Virus record (IMG/VR): IMGVR_UViG_3300012983_000002
DNA length: 64,000 nt
DNA from: a virus
Lineage: Duplodnaviria > Heunggongvirae > Uroviricota > Caudoviricetes
Strand: one strand, 5' to 3'
Both the position numbers and the translations under genes were made by a program. This document shows, piece after piece, positions 49,722-58,734 of the stretch (within the stretch, counting starts at the first letter, position 1; every line of letters starts with the position of its first letter). The notes under the pieces were generated by a model that searched no databases, was not told the origin of the DNA, and saw only the letters and a program-made list of their open reading frames with translations.

Positions 49722-49806
49722 CGGAGAGTACTGGAGTCGAACCAGTTCGACCTTTCGGTCGGCTACGGTTTAGCAAACCGACGCATTACCGTTCTGCCAA
49801 CCCTCC
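49722..49806 (-). tRNA. tRNA-Ser(GCT)
   Basis: CGGT-TTGCTAA-ACCG, long variable arm. Confidence 0.9.
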
Positions 49807-49835
49807 GTACAGGAAGTCAAGGACTCGAACCCTGA
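49807..49835 (-). repeat. exact 29-bp copy of the tRNA-Trp 3' half (att-like)
   Basis: gtacaggaagtcaaggactcgaaccctga identical to 50090..50118. Confidence 0.92.
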
Positions 49836-49846
49836 AAATTATCAAT

Positions 49847-50074
49847 TCAATTCTGTAAAGTTGTCTTTTTACAGTTTATTCTATTCGTGAGCTCGTTATA
49901 ATCAAAAGTAAGTTTCATCTTTTTAGGACACTTCTTTGAAGTGAACACAAAATCGATCGTTACTTCACTCTTATCATCATCGATCTCGTTCTTCTCAATG
50001 ATGAGTTTACCTTCTTTTATATCTTCTTGTAAAATGTCAGTTACAAGCCTCATATAGTCTTTAAGAGTTTTCAT
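49847..50074 (-). CDS. small hypothetical protein inside the tRNA-Trp duplication
   Basis: 75 aa ORF filling the space between the repeats. Confidence 0.7.
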   Translation of the reverse strand: MKTLKDYMRLVTDILQEDIKEGKLIIEKNEIDDDKSEVTIDFVFTSKKCPKKMKLTFDYNELTNRINCKKTTLQN

Positions 50075-50092
50075 AAGCTTTCTAATAGAGTA

Positions 50093-50164
50093 CAGGAAGT
50101 CAAGGACTCGAACCCTGATGACCGGTTTTGGAGACCGGGATCTTAACCATTAGATGAACTTCCT
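50093..50164 (-). tRNA. tRNA-Trp(CCA)
   Basis: CCGGT-CTCCAAA-ACCGG. Confidence 0.92.
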
Positions 50165-50178
50165 ACGATGTTAAACAA

Positions 50179-50267
50179 CACGCCAGGTAGGACTCGAACC
50201 TACAAAGACATTTCCAATTACCATAGTTTTACGTCTCGTGCTTAGAAGGCACGTTGGTTACTGGCGC
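50179..50267 (-). tRNA. non-canonical tRNA-Arg(TCT): no D-arm, 33-nt variable arm
   Basis: GCGCCAG/CTGGCGT acceptor, CGTGC-CTTCTAA-GCACG, GTAGG-TTCGAGT-CCTAC. Confidence 0.7.
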
Positions 50268-50340
50268 ATTAGCATTATAATACTCTATATTATTGCCGAA
50301 AAAATTATTACTAATTCTCTACACAAAGTAAAATATAATT

Positions 50341-50853
50341 TTAAGCGTAGTACAGAATATTTTTTTCTTCCTCTGATAACTTAATGATTTTGGCTTTCTT
50401 ATCTTTGTGTGAAATTTTATTAGCTCCACGATAATGCTCAGTCTGACCGTGACAATTAGGACATAAAATTTGTAAATTATTCCAGGCATTATCATGATGA
50501 TTACCATTTACATGATGTAACTCTAACGGAATTTCTTTACCTCTCCATTCGGATAAACCGCAACATTCGCAGCGTTTTTCTTTTAGGCCAAATTTAAATA
50601 AATAGCCTTTAAGCTTATAGGCGGTAATGTAGTGTTTATTTTGAAACACTAGTTCTAGTTTTTCTTTAGTAACCGTTCTATGACTCTTCTTGCTAGTACC
50701 TCTACCTCCCTGATTGGGCAAAAAACAGTTATATTTTTTAGCAAGACGAGCATATGCATTGTACGATATGCCCATTACGCGCGCCGCTCCTGTGATAGTT
50801 TTTGTAGAATTATATGCGGCCTCTATCTCTTCTTTTGAAAAATTATAACTCAT
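50341..50853 (-). CDS. free-standing HNH homing endonuclease
   Basis: CECCG...LELHHVNGNHHDNAWNNLQILCPNCH plus N-terminal HTH; start moved to ATG 50853 (MSYNF). Confidence 0.88.
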   Translation of the reverse strand: MSYNFSKEEIEAAYNSTKTITGAARVMGISYNAYARLAKKYNCFLPNQGGRGTSKKSHRTVTKEKLELVFQNKHYITAYKLKGYLFKFGLKEKRCECCGLSEWRGKEIPLELHHVNGNHHDNAWNNLQILCPNCHGQTEHYRGANKISHKDKKAKIIKLSEEEKNILYYA

Positions 50854-50913
50854 AATCGATAGACACTTTATAATATAATATTTAGTGTTTGTCAATTATG
50901 AGTTATAATTTTT
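50838..50913 (-). promoter_or_regulatory. 19-bp inverted repeat covering the HNH start codon, with a TTGACA-N17-TATAAA promoter in its loop
   Basis: Arms 50838..50856 and 50895..50913; -35 at 50890..50895, -10 at 50867..50872. Confidence 0.75.
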
Positions 50914-50914
50914 A

Positions 50915-51254
50915 TAGCACGGACGGGACTCGAACCCGTACAGTCTAACGACCGGGAGATTTTCTTACTACTCTCAGTTTCCTGAGCCATTTATGTTGTA
51001 GTCTGGACTATATCATCATCCTAAAAGGATGTCACGTGCATAGTCTCTGAACCTTCCTCATTTTACAGAGGCTTGGCTGCGAATTACCCAATCTCCAGAT
51101 TTTTAAGAGCGTTCGCATTTATCGTTTCCGATTGTGCTTTAGCATCTGAAGCTCTAAGGGCTTCCTCGCAATTCGCGCGATTCATTCTATATGTTACCAT
51201 ATAGACGCTCAGTATTGGTAAGTCTCCTGTGTCTACCAATTCCACCACCGTGCC
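50915..51254 (-). tRNA. tRNA-Leu(TAA) interrupted by a group I intron
   Basis: Exons 51220..51254 and 50915..50963 join to give GGAGA-CTTAAAA-TCTCC. Confidence 0.92.
50964..51219 (-). ncRNA. ORF-less group I intron in the tRNA-Leu anticodon (256 nt)
   Basis: P1 CUU/GAG; GCGAATTGCGAGGAAG, AATTCGCAGCCAAGC, GGTTCAGAGACTA, GATATAGTCCAG; terminal G. Confidence 0.92.
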
Positions 51255-51265
51255 TTATTGCTGGA

Positions 51266-51336
51266 TAGGAGCACTGGGAATCGAACCCAGAATGAACGGT
51301 TAAAAGCCGCATATTATACCATTTAATTATACTCCC
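51266..51336 (-). tRNA. tRNA-Lys(TTT)
   Basis: GCGG-CTTTTAA-CCGT. Confidence 0.88.
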
Positions 51337-51432
51337 AAAGTTGTGTTGTGCGGTTATTTTACAACTACATATTTTACAATGCTAGCTAAAAATAAAATTT
51401 TATACACGAAATAAAAATAATTTTTATACAAA

Positions 51433-51467
51433 CAGGCTGGGGAGATGTATTTAATCTCCCCAGCCTG
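51433..51467 (-). terminator. intrinsic terminator
   Basis: 14-bp perfect stem caggctggggagat/atctccccagcctg. Confidence 0.75.
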
Positions 51468-51618
51468 ATGATCAACTCCAAAAAATGAACAAGACCGTTA
51501 TTGTGTCCGTCGTCACCACGCAGAACATCCTTTTTACGCTACCAACAATTATCAGACCTGGGAGGATGTGACCCTGTGTCGATAACTGCCAACACCATCC
51601 GAGCCAACCCGAATGGAA

Positions 51619-51690
51619 TAGGGGCGGTGGGATTCGAACCCACACCCAAACGATTATGAGTCGTCCGCTCCACCTTCGAGCTGCACCCCC
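51619..51690 (-). tRNA. tRNA-Ile2(CAT), lysidine type
   Basis: CGA-CTCATAA-TCG anticodon arm as in ileX; a Met identity cannot be excluded. Confidence 0.75.
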
Positions 51691-51696
51691 ATTAAA

Positions 51697-51778
51697 TACC
51701 ACCAGTCGGACTCGAACCGACACGCTGTTACGCAGAAGAACCTAAATCTACCGGGTCTACCAATTTCCCCATGGTGGC
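51697..51778 (-). tRNA. tRNA-Leu(TAG)
   Basis: Loop TT-TAG-GT, class II arm. Confidence 0.88.
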
Positions 51779-51893
51779 ATTTACGATCGCAGATAATAAC
51801 TACGCTCATTTATATATAGCATATACTACGTTATTTTTTCAGCATCGCAACACTAAACTTTTACTATGACACATTTATTTTTATAATACCCCT

Positions 51894-52241
51894 ATGCTTC
51901 TACAAAGCGAGATAGCCGAGGAATACAGTGTAACAGATACACAAGTACTTACACCAAACGGTTGGAGAAAAGTAAATAAGGTATATAAAACAATACCCCT
52001 GGAAACAGTGCGTATTGTTACTTCTAATTGTGAACTTATATGTTCGCTCCATCACCTTATTAAGACTCCTTACGGATGGGTACACGCCTATACGCTTTGT
52101 CAGGGAGATATTGTACTTACAGAGAACGGTTCTGAGGCGGTACTAATCGCTGAAGAAACAGGAGAAATGGAGGAGCTATACGATATAACGGTAGATGATC
52201 CTAGTGGTGAGTTTTACTCTAATGGTATACTGTCGCACAAC
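51894..52241 (+). mobile_element. split intein, IntC (116 aa)
   Basis: VLTPNGW, block B ICSLHH, block F LYDITV, block G SHN followed by Ser+1. Confidence 0.9.
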
Positions 52242-53807
52242 TCTACAACGTTTGCGGCACGTCAGTTAATTCTATCGCATCTTCTTCCAAACTATAAAAG
52301 TCTGTATGTATGCCCTCAGCACGATCAATTAAAGACTTACGCCAGGCGTCTTGCTGAAATGGAAGCAGCTTTTCGTTTCGATAATGGTAAGCAGAACCTG
52401 TACAACAAGGTATACGAAGACGGATCTGCTATCGACCTTAATTACTGCTTAACTACCGCTAATGCTGTTCGTGGTAAGTCTGTAATTGAGGTACTGCTAG
52501 ATGAGGCTCAGGGTATTAATCCTGATATTGTACCAGAACTTCTTTATGTGCAGACTACGGCGCAATATCCTTCCACTATCTTCGCCGGCACAGCCCTGTC
52601 CATCGATACTCTCCTGGAAGCTAAATGGCAGGCATCCTCTATGGGAATGTGGCACATACGAGCCATGGACGATGTTCACTGGTTAAACATGTATGATAAG
52701 GATACGCTATCGAAAGTGTGTGATAATCCTCAAGGTCCTACATGTCCTTATACTGGTAAATTACTAGATGTTACTCGTGGTTGCTATGTGCATGCTAATC
52801 AGAAGGCCATGGCTATTAACGAGATTGGTATTCACGTACCGCAATGCATTATCCCTGATCTGGCGTACAATCCTATCCAGTGGGGTAAGATATATAAAAA
52901 AATACAAGACGACGATTTTAATAAAGTGTTACAAGAATGTTTCGGAATTGCAGTTGCTGAGGGTAGTCGAGAAATCACTGAACAAGACCTTCAGCGCTTA
53001 TGTGTCTTAACAGATAATCACGAAGAGATTAAGCAGAAATGCAGGAACGGCTATTATCGCCTTATTGTTTCTGGGTGCGACTGGGGTGGCTCCGACTACA
53101 ACCAGGCTATTCAGACTAAGACGTCATATACCGTGCATTGCATTATCGGTGTAGCTCCTGATGATGTTATAGATATTCTTTACTACAAGCGTTATAGCGG
53201 TATGGATTACCGAGATATTGCCGAGGAGATTGCTAATACACATAAAGCCTATAATGGGCACGTAGTAGCTTCGGACTTCGGTGTAGGTCTCGCATACAAT
53301 ACTGAACTGCGAAATCGTATTCCTTATGACCGTCACTTCATTATGAATTACGTAGGACAGGCAGCAGCTCCCCTGGCTACTCCTAAAGGACAGCACATGA
53401 TTAATCAGCTTGCTCTTAATCGTACGGAAGCTCTTACTAATGTGTTTAAGGATGTTAAGGATCCTCATCTAAAAATAAGAGCTGGTAGTTGGGGTTACAC
53501 TTCCTCCTATCTTCTGGATTGGCTCAACATGTATCGTGTGCCTGTTGATATGCCTAGCGGTCAGACTGCATTCAAATATATTCGAAGCGCTACTAAGGCA
53601 GATGATGCTCTGCACGCATTTACCTTTGCCTATGTGCTTGCTAAGTTCTTCCTAGGAGTACCCCTGGTCAATGACTTAGCTTTGGAGCAGAGGTTGAGAT
53701 CTGTGCTATATGGTCCAGGATCTGCTGGGGTTATAGCTCCCAGAAGCTCTCCTGAACTTGATCGATTACTCAGAGGAGGAGATCCTAATTACGTAATTTC
53801 TCTTTAA
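51894..53807 (+). CDS. terL: split intein C-part (116 aa) plus terminase large subunit C-extein (521 aa)
   Basis: LYDITV...FYSNGILSHN/STT; then SLYVCP, VLLDEAQ (Walker B), FAGTA, nuclease SGCDWGG, SDFGVG, DDALHA. Confidence 0.92.
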   Translation: MLLQSEIAEEYSVTDTQVLTPNGWRKVNKVYKTIPLETVRIVTSNCELICSLHHLIKTPYGWVHAYTLCQGDIVLTENGSEAVLIAEETGEMEELYDITVDDPSGEFYSNGILSHNSTTFAARQLILSHLLPNYKSLYVCPQHDQLKTYARRLAEMEAAFRFDNGKQNLYNKVYEDGSAIDLNYCLTTANAVRGKSVIEVLLDEAQGINPDIVPELLYVQTTAQYPSTIFAGTALSIDTLLEAKWQASSMGMWHIRAMDDVHWLNMYDKDTLSKVCDNPQGPTCPYTGKLLDVTRGCYVHANQKAMAINEIGIHVPQCIIPDLAYNPIQWGKIYKKIQDDDFNKVLQECFGIAVAEGSREITEQDLQRLCVLTDNHEEIKQKCRNGYYRLIVSGCDWGGSDYNQAIQTKTSYTVHCIIGVAPDDVIDILYYKRYSGMDYRDIAEEIANTHKAYNGHVVASDFGVGLAYNTELRNRIPYDRHFIMNYVGQAAAPLATPKGQHMINQLALNRTEALTNVFKDVKDPHLKIRAGSWGYTSSYLLDWLNMYRVPVDMPSGQTAFKYIRSATKADDALHAFTFAYVLAKFFLGVPLVNDLALEQRLRSVLYGPGSAGVIAPRSSPELDRLLRGGDPNYVISL

Positions 53808-53835
53808 GTAACACTAGGTAAAAAATCAACATCCT

Positions 53836-53868
53836 AGCCGGAGACGGGGTGGCGCCCCGCCTCCGGCT
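53836..53868. terminator. GC-rich hairpin between convergent genes
   Basis: agccggagacgggg/ccccgcctccggct. Confidence 0.7.
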
Positions 53869-53875
53869 GTTTACG

Positions 53876-54487
53876 TTAGAGGCCTACTTTGGAGAACGCC
53901 TCGTCACAACTGAACGTACTTACGTACTTACGTTCGTAGCTTTCGTGACGCTCCTTATCCGCCTTGCGGCGTTTCATTGCCGCTGTGTGATTATCCAGGG
54001 CTTCCTGATCCTCTTCAGACCAGGCCTGAACGTCAGCAATGCACTGACTGACTGTCGTTTTTGTCACGACATCCAGGTCAATGTGTTCGGTACCGTCGGG
54101 ATTGCGTACCATTCGTACTTGCCCTCCGTTCTTAAGGAATTTAATCCTGAGCGCGGGAGCTTCGTACACATCATCTCCTTCCTTCCACTCTACTGTACCT
54201 ACCTCTTTTATAGGCGCCTCGCTCCACTCGATACCAACGGCCTGCAAACAGGACGCAATCACAGAGAGACTGCGCTTGAGCGTATCCTTCATTTGGGATA
54301 TCTCTTTAAGTTCTTTACGCAGATCCTGTTTCTTGCTATCCCAAACTCGCCTAACCTCTACTTGTTTCCCATTGAATTCAACGGTGATTTTTTCACTGTG
54401 TTTTGACACATAGTGAGACTTCACGCGAAGGGAATTATTATTACTTGCGGCGGTATTACTTTGTGTGCGATTATTACGCTTGCTCAT
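53876..54487 (-). CDS. hypothetical protein
   Basis: 203 aa ORF. Confidence 0.7.
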   Translation of the reverse strand: MSKRNNRTQSNTAASNNNSLRVKSHYVSKHSEKITVEFNGKQVEVRRVWDSKKQDLRKELKEISQMKDTLKRSLSVIASCLQAVGIEWSEAPIKEVGTVEWKEGDDVYEAPALRIKFLKNGGQVRMVRNPDGTEHIDLDVVTKTTVSQCIADVQAWSEEDQEALDNHTAAMKRRKADKERHESYERKYVSTFSCDEAFSKVGL

Positions 54488-54672
54488 TTTTTACTTCTAG
54501 ATTTGGAGCACAGGCATCCACTCGACCTGAGCAGATAAGTAAACCTTTGCTCACAAATATATATAACATGAAGTATTACAATATTTCATGAACATAAAAA
54601 GTAATTGCTCTGTATCCCTACAGAGCAATTACCCAACAACCAAACAATACAACAATAGAAATGGCACCGCCT

Positions 54673-55776
54673 TTACCAACCGGTATTAGCAAGAACATTC
54701 AGAAGAACATTCTGCGTATCCCTGTTCAGCTCGGCAAGCTTACTATTAATGTTAACACAAGTATCAATGGATTGTCCAGCATTAATATATGACTTGGCTT
54801 CCTTGATAATAGAAGCACTCTTTGCTGAGAAGTTCACATCGATGTCTTTGTCTGCAAGATTTACAAAATCATCTACAGGAATGTTTACTCCACGAAGGCT
54901 AATGGTAGAAGCTGCAGCTTTTTCAAACTCTTCGAGTGTAGGTCCAGTAAACAGGATTGCATACGGGTCAAGAACACCTTTACCGTAGCGAACGCCTGCC
55001 TGCTTATCGAGAACAAACATCTTCTCTGCAATTTCGTTAGCCATTTCGATAGCTTCGTGTACATCAGCAGCAGACGCTATCTTTTCTTGAAGTTCGCTGA
55101 TAAGTTCATTATGTGCGGCAGACTTACGCATCTTAACAAGAATCTCAGCCGCGTAAGGATCAGGAGTGTTACGAGTACCGAATGCACGAACTTCACCTGT
55201 AAGCTCGGAAGGATCTACTCCATAAGAGATAGCAGCTTCAGTAATAGCACTGGCAATCTTACGCATAGCGCTTGAAGGAATCTTACCAGAGTTATAGTCA
55301 GAGGTGCAAGAGTCACTCGAAGCTACAACCTCATGCGCGTTATTGATAGGATAGAAATTCTCAACACCCCTGCCCTGGAATCCCTGTAGATCAAGAGTGA
55401 GAGCAAACTTCTCCATACGTTCCTCCTTATTCTCTGCGGATGCTACCTTGTTCATTTCTCCCTCGAAGATAGAGAACACTGCAGCAACATCTTCTTCGAT
55501 TCCATGGAAAGAGGCCATCTTCTCGATGTTGGCCTTTACAGTTTCGTCAGACTCGCCAGATCCTGCAAAGTAAGCTGCTGATTCCCAGCAAGCTTCCTTT
55601 GTGTGACATGGGTACAGACGCTCAGCCTGGTTTGCGAAAGCTACTTTATCCAGGCGATCTACTTCATCCTTAGTAATTTTATTGGAAGATAATACGTAAC
55701 CAGGGATGGCATCTTTTTCCTGAAGATAGCCAAAAATCGCCGGGTTATTAGCTGTTACAAAATCAATGCTAGGCAT
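54673..55776 (-). CDS. hypothetical protein rich in K-x-A-S motifs (putative virion protein)
   Basis: EKMAS, NKVAS, RKIAS, RKSAA, EKIAS, EKAAS. Confidence 0.65.
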   Translation of the reverse strand: MPSIDFVTANNPAIFGYLQEKDAIPGYVLSSNKITKDEVDRLDKVAFANQAERLYPCHTKEACWESAAYFAGSGESDETVKANIEKMASFHGIEEDVAAVFSIFEGEMNKVASAENKEERMEKFALTLDLQGFQGRGVENFYPINNAHEVVASSDSCTSDYNSGKIPSSAMRKIASAITEAAISYGVDPSELTGEVRAFGTRNTPDPYAAEILVKMRKSAAHNELISELQEKIASAADVHEAIEMANEIAEKMFVLDKQAGVRYGKGVLDPYAILFTGPTLEEFEKAAASTISLRGVNIPVDDFVNLADKDIDVNFSAKSASIIKEAKSYINAGQSIDTCVNINSKLAELNRDTQNVLLNVLANTGW

Positions 55777-55785
55777 AACTTCATA

Positions 55786-58068
55786 TTACAGATACATCTC
55801 CATTTCGTCAATTACTTTCTTACCCTCTTCCTCTAAGGCTGAGTCAGGAATGATACCTACAGCGGGCATGAAGGACGGTCCGCAATTCTTTATAAGATAT
55901 AGAGGTAGCGTCTCCATTATGTAGCGTATGTACATGCCAGCCTTTTCTTCTACCTCTGGAGTTTCTGGGTCTAATTGAGTTCCCTCTTCTCCTAACAGTA
56001 TCATTCCTACTTTGCAAGCCTTCGCCTGACTTCTATTGTATCCCTGAGCTACGAAAGGATATCCCTGTATACAGTCAATCTCACCCATAGCTCTCATATT
56101 CTTATTTAACTGTACGGCACGCAACTGTCCTGTATAAGAGAACACTCGTTGTATAGTCTCTCTGGTACACTTATCCCCAGCGTAGGTAACTGGTACAAGT
56201 GTGTGTCCTGAATAACTCCTCATAATAATACCAGCACATTGCCAGGCAAGCTGCATAAGGCACATAGGAATACCTTCGGTAAGTGGTGACTTATTAGATT
56301 TGCCTGATTCAGACGAAAAATAGCGAAGATAATCTACTCCAGGACGATACATACAATCTACTGATTCAATAGCGTCATCGTGTACGCAGAATCCGGTTCC
56401 TACGAACTTAGTTCTTGTTGGATTCCATCCTATGTAAGATGTACCCAGCTTTATAGGAAGATCTGCATAGTTACGCATGAGCCATGTTATAATAGGTCTG
56501 CTGTGTACAAAATCAAAGATAGCGGGAGATATTGTTGTAGGATTGCCGCTCAATGCCACAGTTTCTTCTATACGTTCAGAGAATCTCTTTACTGTATCGA
56601 AACTGGATGGACTGAGTAGGATGTCTCGAGTTTCGTTACCTACGGACAGTTCCATTGCCTTGTATAGCTCGCCTGTATCGTAACGTACGCTGTAAGTAGG
56701 CGTTACTGTAAAGTTAGATACAAGAACACCACCTACACGTCTAGTAGAAGGCTCTTCCCAAAGATATCCTGAAGGCGTGGAGTACAGACAACCTTGCGCA
56801 TCTTCCCATATAGCACCATCTCTTAATTCTGTTTCCAGCTGATCACTTAATACAAATTTACCTAATGCTTCGAGACGGTCCTTAATAAGCATTTTAACAT
56901 GGCGGTCTCGTCTGACGGTCTGTAACAGGAACTGAATTTGCGGCGTAAATGCCTCGTGATGCTCAAGTAATTCCACGATAGCATCAGCAACAGCGTCTCT
57001 CCAGGTAATACTATTTCCCATACGTACACTATCACTGATAGCCGGATATCTAGTAATAACACAAGCTGATCCATGTCTGACTAACGTAGCTGGAACGGAC
57101 AACGACAGAGGATTATCGTCCCGTCTTACATAAAAGAAATTCTTAGGCAACCATCCTGAACCTTCACCATCAGGATTAATCATTACAGAGAAAAATGCAG
57201 CATAGTCTTCTACGGAACGCTTCATATCTTTAATAACGTCGCTGAGCTGCAGTTCCATGAAGCATTTGTACGTATCTCCTAAACCTAGCAAACCGGACAA
57301 AGCTATCTCCTTATTATCTAGCCAGATAGTAGTATTCTCAGCATTTCGTTTACCGTGTATTAGTTCTATACAGGATATTGTATGTGCGTTAGAAAAATAC
57401 GGAACAAGAAGTACAGAGGAGTTAGGCAATTTCACATTAACACCTATCTTGCGAAGTTTATCCTCTAGAGATACTAGGTCATGCGACGTAAGATAGCTCA
57501 CACCACCTACAGCCATAAGCGCTCCTAAGTCATTATTAGCCCTCAGAGACAGTCCTCCAGGTAGGTCTGATAGAGATCTGGATTTGCACACACAGGCATT
57601 GAACACTCTTCTCTTCTTCAGAGCTTCATCAGCAATCCTATCTATCACAGTCTGATCTGTAGCGCCAGCAGGTAGAATTGTTTTGAACTTTCTTACTATA
57701 GCCCCTACAGCCTCTCTATACGTCAGTTCCCATCCTCCCGCGTTTGTACGCATCATAGCTTTCATGTCTATTACAGATCCAGCTTTGATGTTACTGCTTA
57801 TAATATCATCAGCTACGAATCCTCCTGCATGAATGCGGAATCTACCTACATTAGCAAACGTGCAGTACATATCAGCGCCATTAATGACAATACTTCCTGG
57901 CTCTGCGTATGTCTGAGCAAATAGCTGCGGTGTAACGATCTCTAGTACAGTGTTCAAATACATCGGGTATAGTGTAACTGATACGGATTTAGAGGACAAG
58001 GACGTGCGAGCTAAAAAGAGAACCAAACGGGGACCGAAGTCCCCGAATGGTTCTGATCGAATCAGCAC
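55786..58068 (-). CDS. large hypothetical protein
   Basis: 760 aa ORF, no motif recognised. Confidence 0.75.
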   Translation of the reverse strand: MLIRSEPFGDFGPRLVLFLARTSLSSKSVSVTLYPMYLNTVLEIVTPQLFAQTYAEPGSIVINGADMYCTFANVGRFRIHAGGFVADDIISSNIKAGSVIDMKAMMRTNAGGWELTYREAVGAIVRKFKTILPAGATDQTVIDRIADEALKKRRVFNACVCKSRSLSDLPGGLSLRANNDLGALMAVGGVSYLTSHDLVSLEDKLRKIGVNVKLPNSSVLLVPYFSNAHTISCIELIHGKRNAENTTIWLDNKEIALSGLLGLGDTYKCFMELQLSDVIKDMKRSVEDYAAFFSVMINPDGEGSGWLPKNFFYVRRDDNPLSLSVPATLVRHGSACVITRYPAISDSVRMGNSITWRDAVADAIVELLEHHEAFTPQIQFLLQTVRRDRHVKMLIKDRLEALGKFVLSDQLETELRDGAIWEDAQGCLYSTPSGYLWEEPSTRRVGGVLVSNFTVTPTYSVRYDTGELYKAMELSVGNETRDILLSPSSFDTVKRFSERIEETVALSGNPTTISPAIFDFVHSRPIITWLMRNYADLPIKLGTSYIGWNPTRTKFVGTGFCVHDDAIESVDCMYRPGVDYLRYFSSESGKSNKSPLTEGIPMCLMQLAWQCAGIIMRSYSGHTLVPVTYAGDKCTRETIQRVFSYTGQLRAVQLNKNMRAMGEIDCIQGYPFVAQGYNRSQAKACKVGMILLGEEGTQLDPETPEVEEKAGMYIRYIMETLPLYLIKNCGPSFMPAVGIIPDSALEEEGKKVIDEMEMYL

Positions 58069-58526
58069 TCGTTCATCATTTCCATGAGAACGTCATGCAG
58101 TTTGTTCAACGCACTCATTGTACGCTGTGCCTCAACGCATGCTACTATGTCGCGGCCGTGCTTGGCAGTAAGCCCGAACAAGTGTACCACGTGACCGTGA
58201 ACTACGTTGCACCACGCCTCGATATCGTGAGGTGTGCTAGGTGCAACTTTAGTAATAGGCTCAGTGGAATAACTTGCAAAGGTTGTTACCAATGAGTGTA
58301 ATTGACATACCAGGCTGGATCCGAGCAACCTGGCACCCTTGATGTGCTGCTTGCGGTCAGCTCCGTATGATGTCTTACACCGAACAATCACAGGAGTGAG
58401 ATCCTGGATGTTCTCTAATATGCCTGTAAGAAGACATACTGTATTAGCGTAAGCATTTGCTTCGAAAGCTTCTGCCGCATTAGACTTATTACCGAAGAGA
58501 CCAGATACGATATTTTTGATGTTCAT
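58062..58526 (-). CDS. hypothetical protein
   Basis: 154 aa ORF. Confidence 0.65.
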   Translation of the reverse strand: MNIKNIVSGLFGNKSNAAEAFEANAYANTVCLLTGILENIQDLTPVIVRCKTSYGADRKQHIKGARLLGSSLVCQLHSLVTTFASYSTEPITKVAPSTPHDIEAWCNVVHGHVVHLFGLTAKHGRDIVACVEAQRTMSALNKLHDVLMEMMNEC

Positions 58527-58662
58527 TGTATTTAGGTTGGGTTTTATGTTTTGGTTTTATCATAACATCTAGATTAAATATCATGACCCCGCACTATCAC
58601 TCGATAGTGCGGGGTTTTACCATGATCCAACCTATATGTTATGAACGGCACTTACGTGCTCA

Positions 58663-58734
58663 TATCCTGAACGAGAATCGAACTCATATCTGCTCTTTAG
58701 GAGAGAGCCGTTCTATCCATTGAACTACCAGGAC
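58663..58734 (-). tRNA. tRNA-Arg(CCT)
   Basis: GCTCT-CTCCTAA-AGAGC. Confidence 0.92.

Noticed and set aside
51472-51723. 83-aa ORF, and a subtilisin-like MVLAVIDTG peptide in another frame
   Set aside because: The ORF overlaps two tRNAs; the peptide frame stops after 19 codons, so the match is likely chance.
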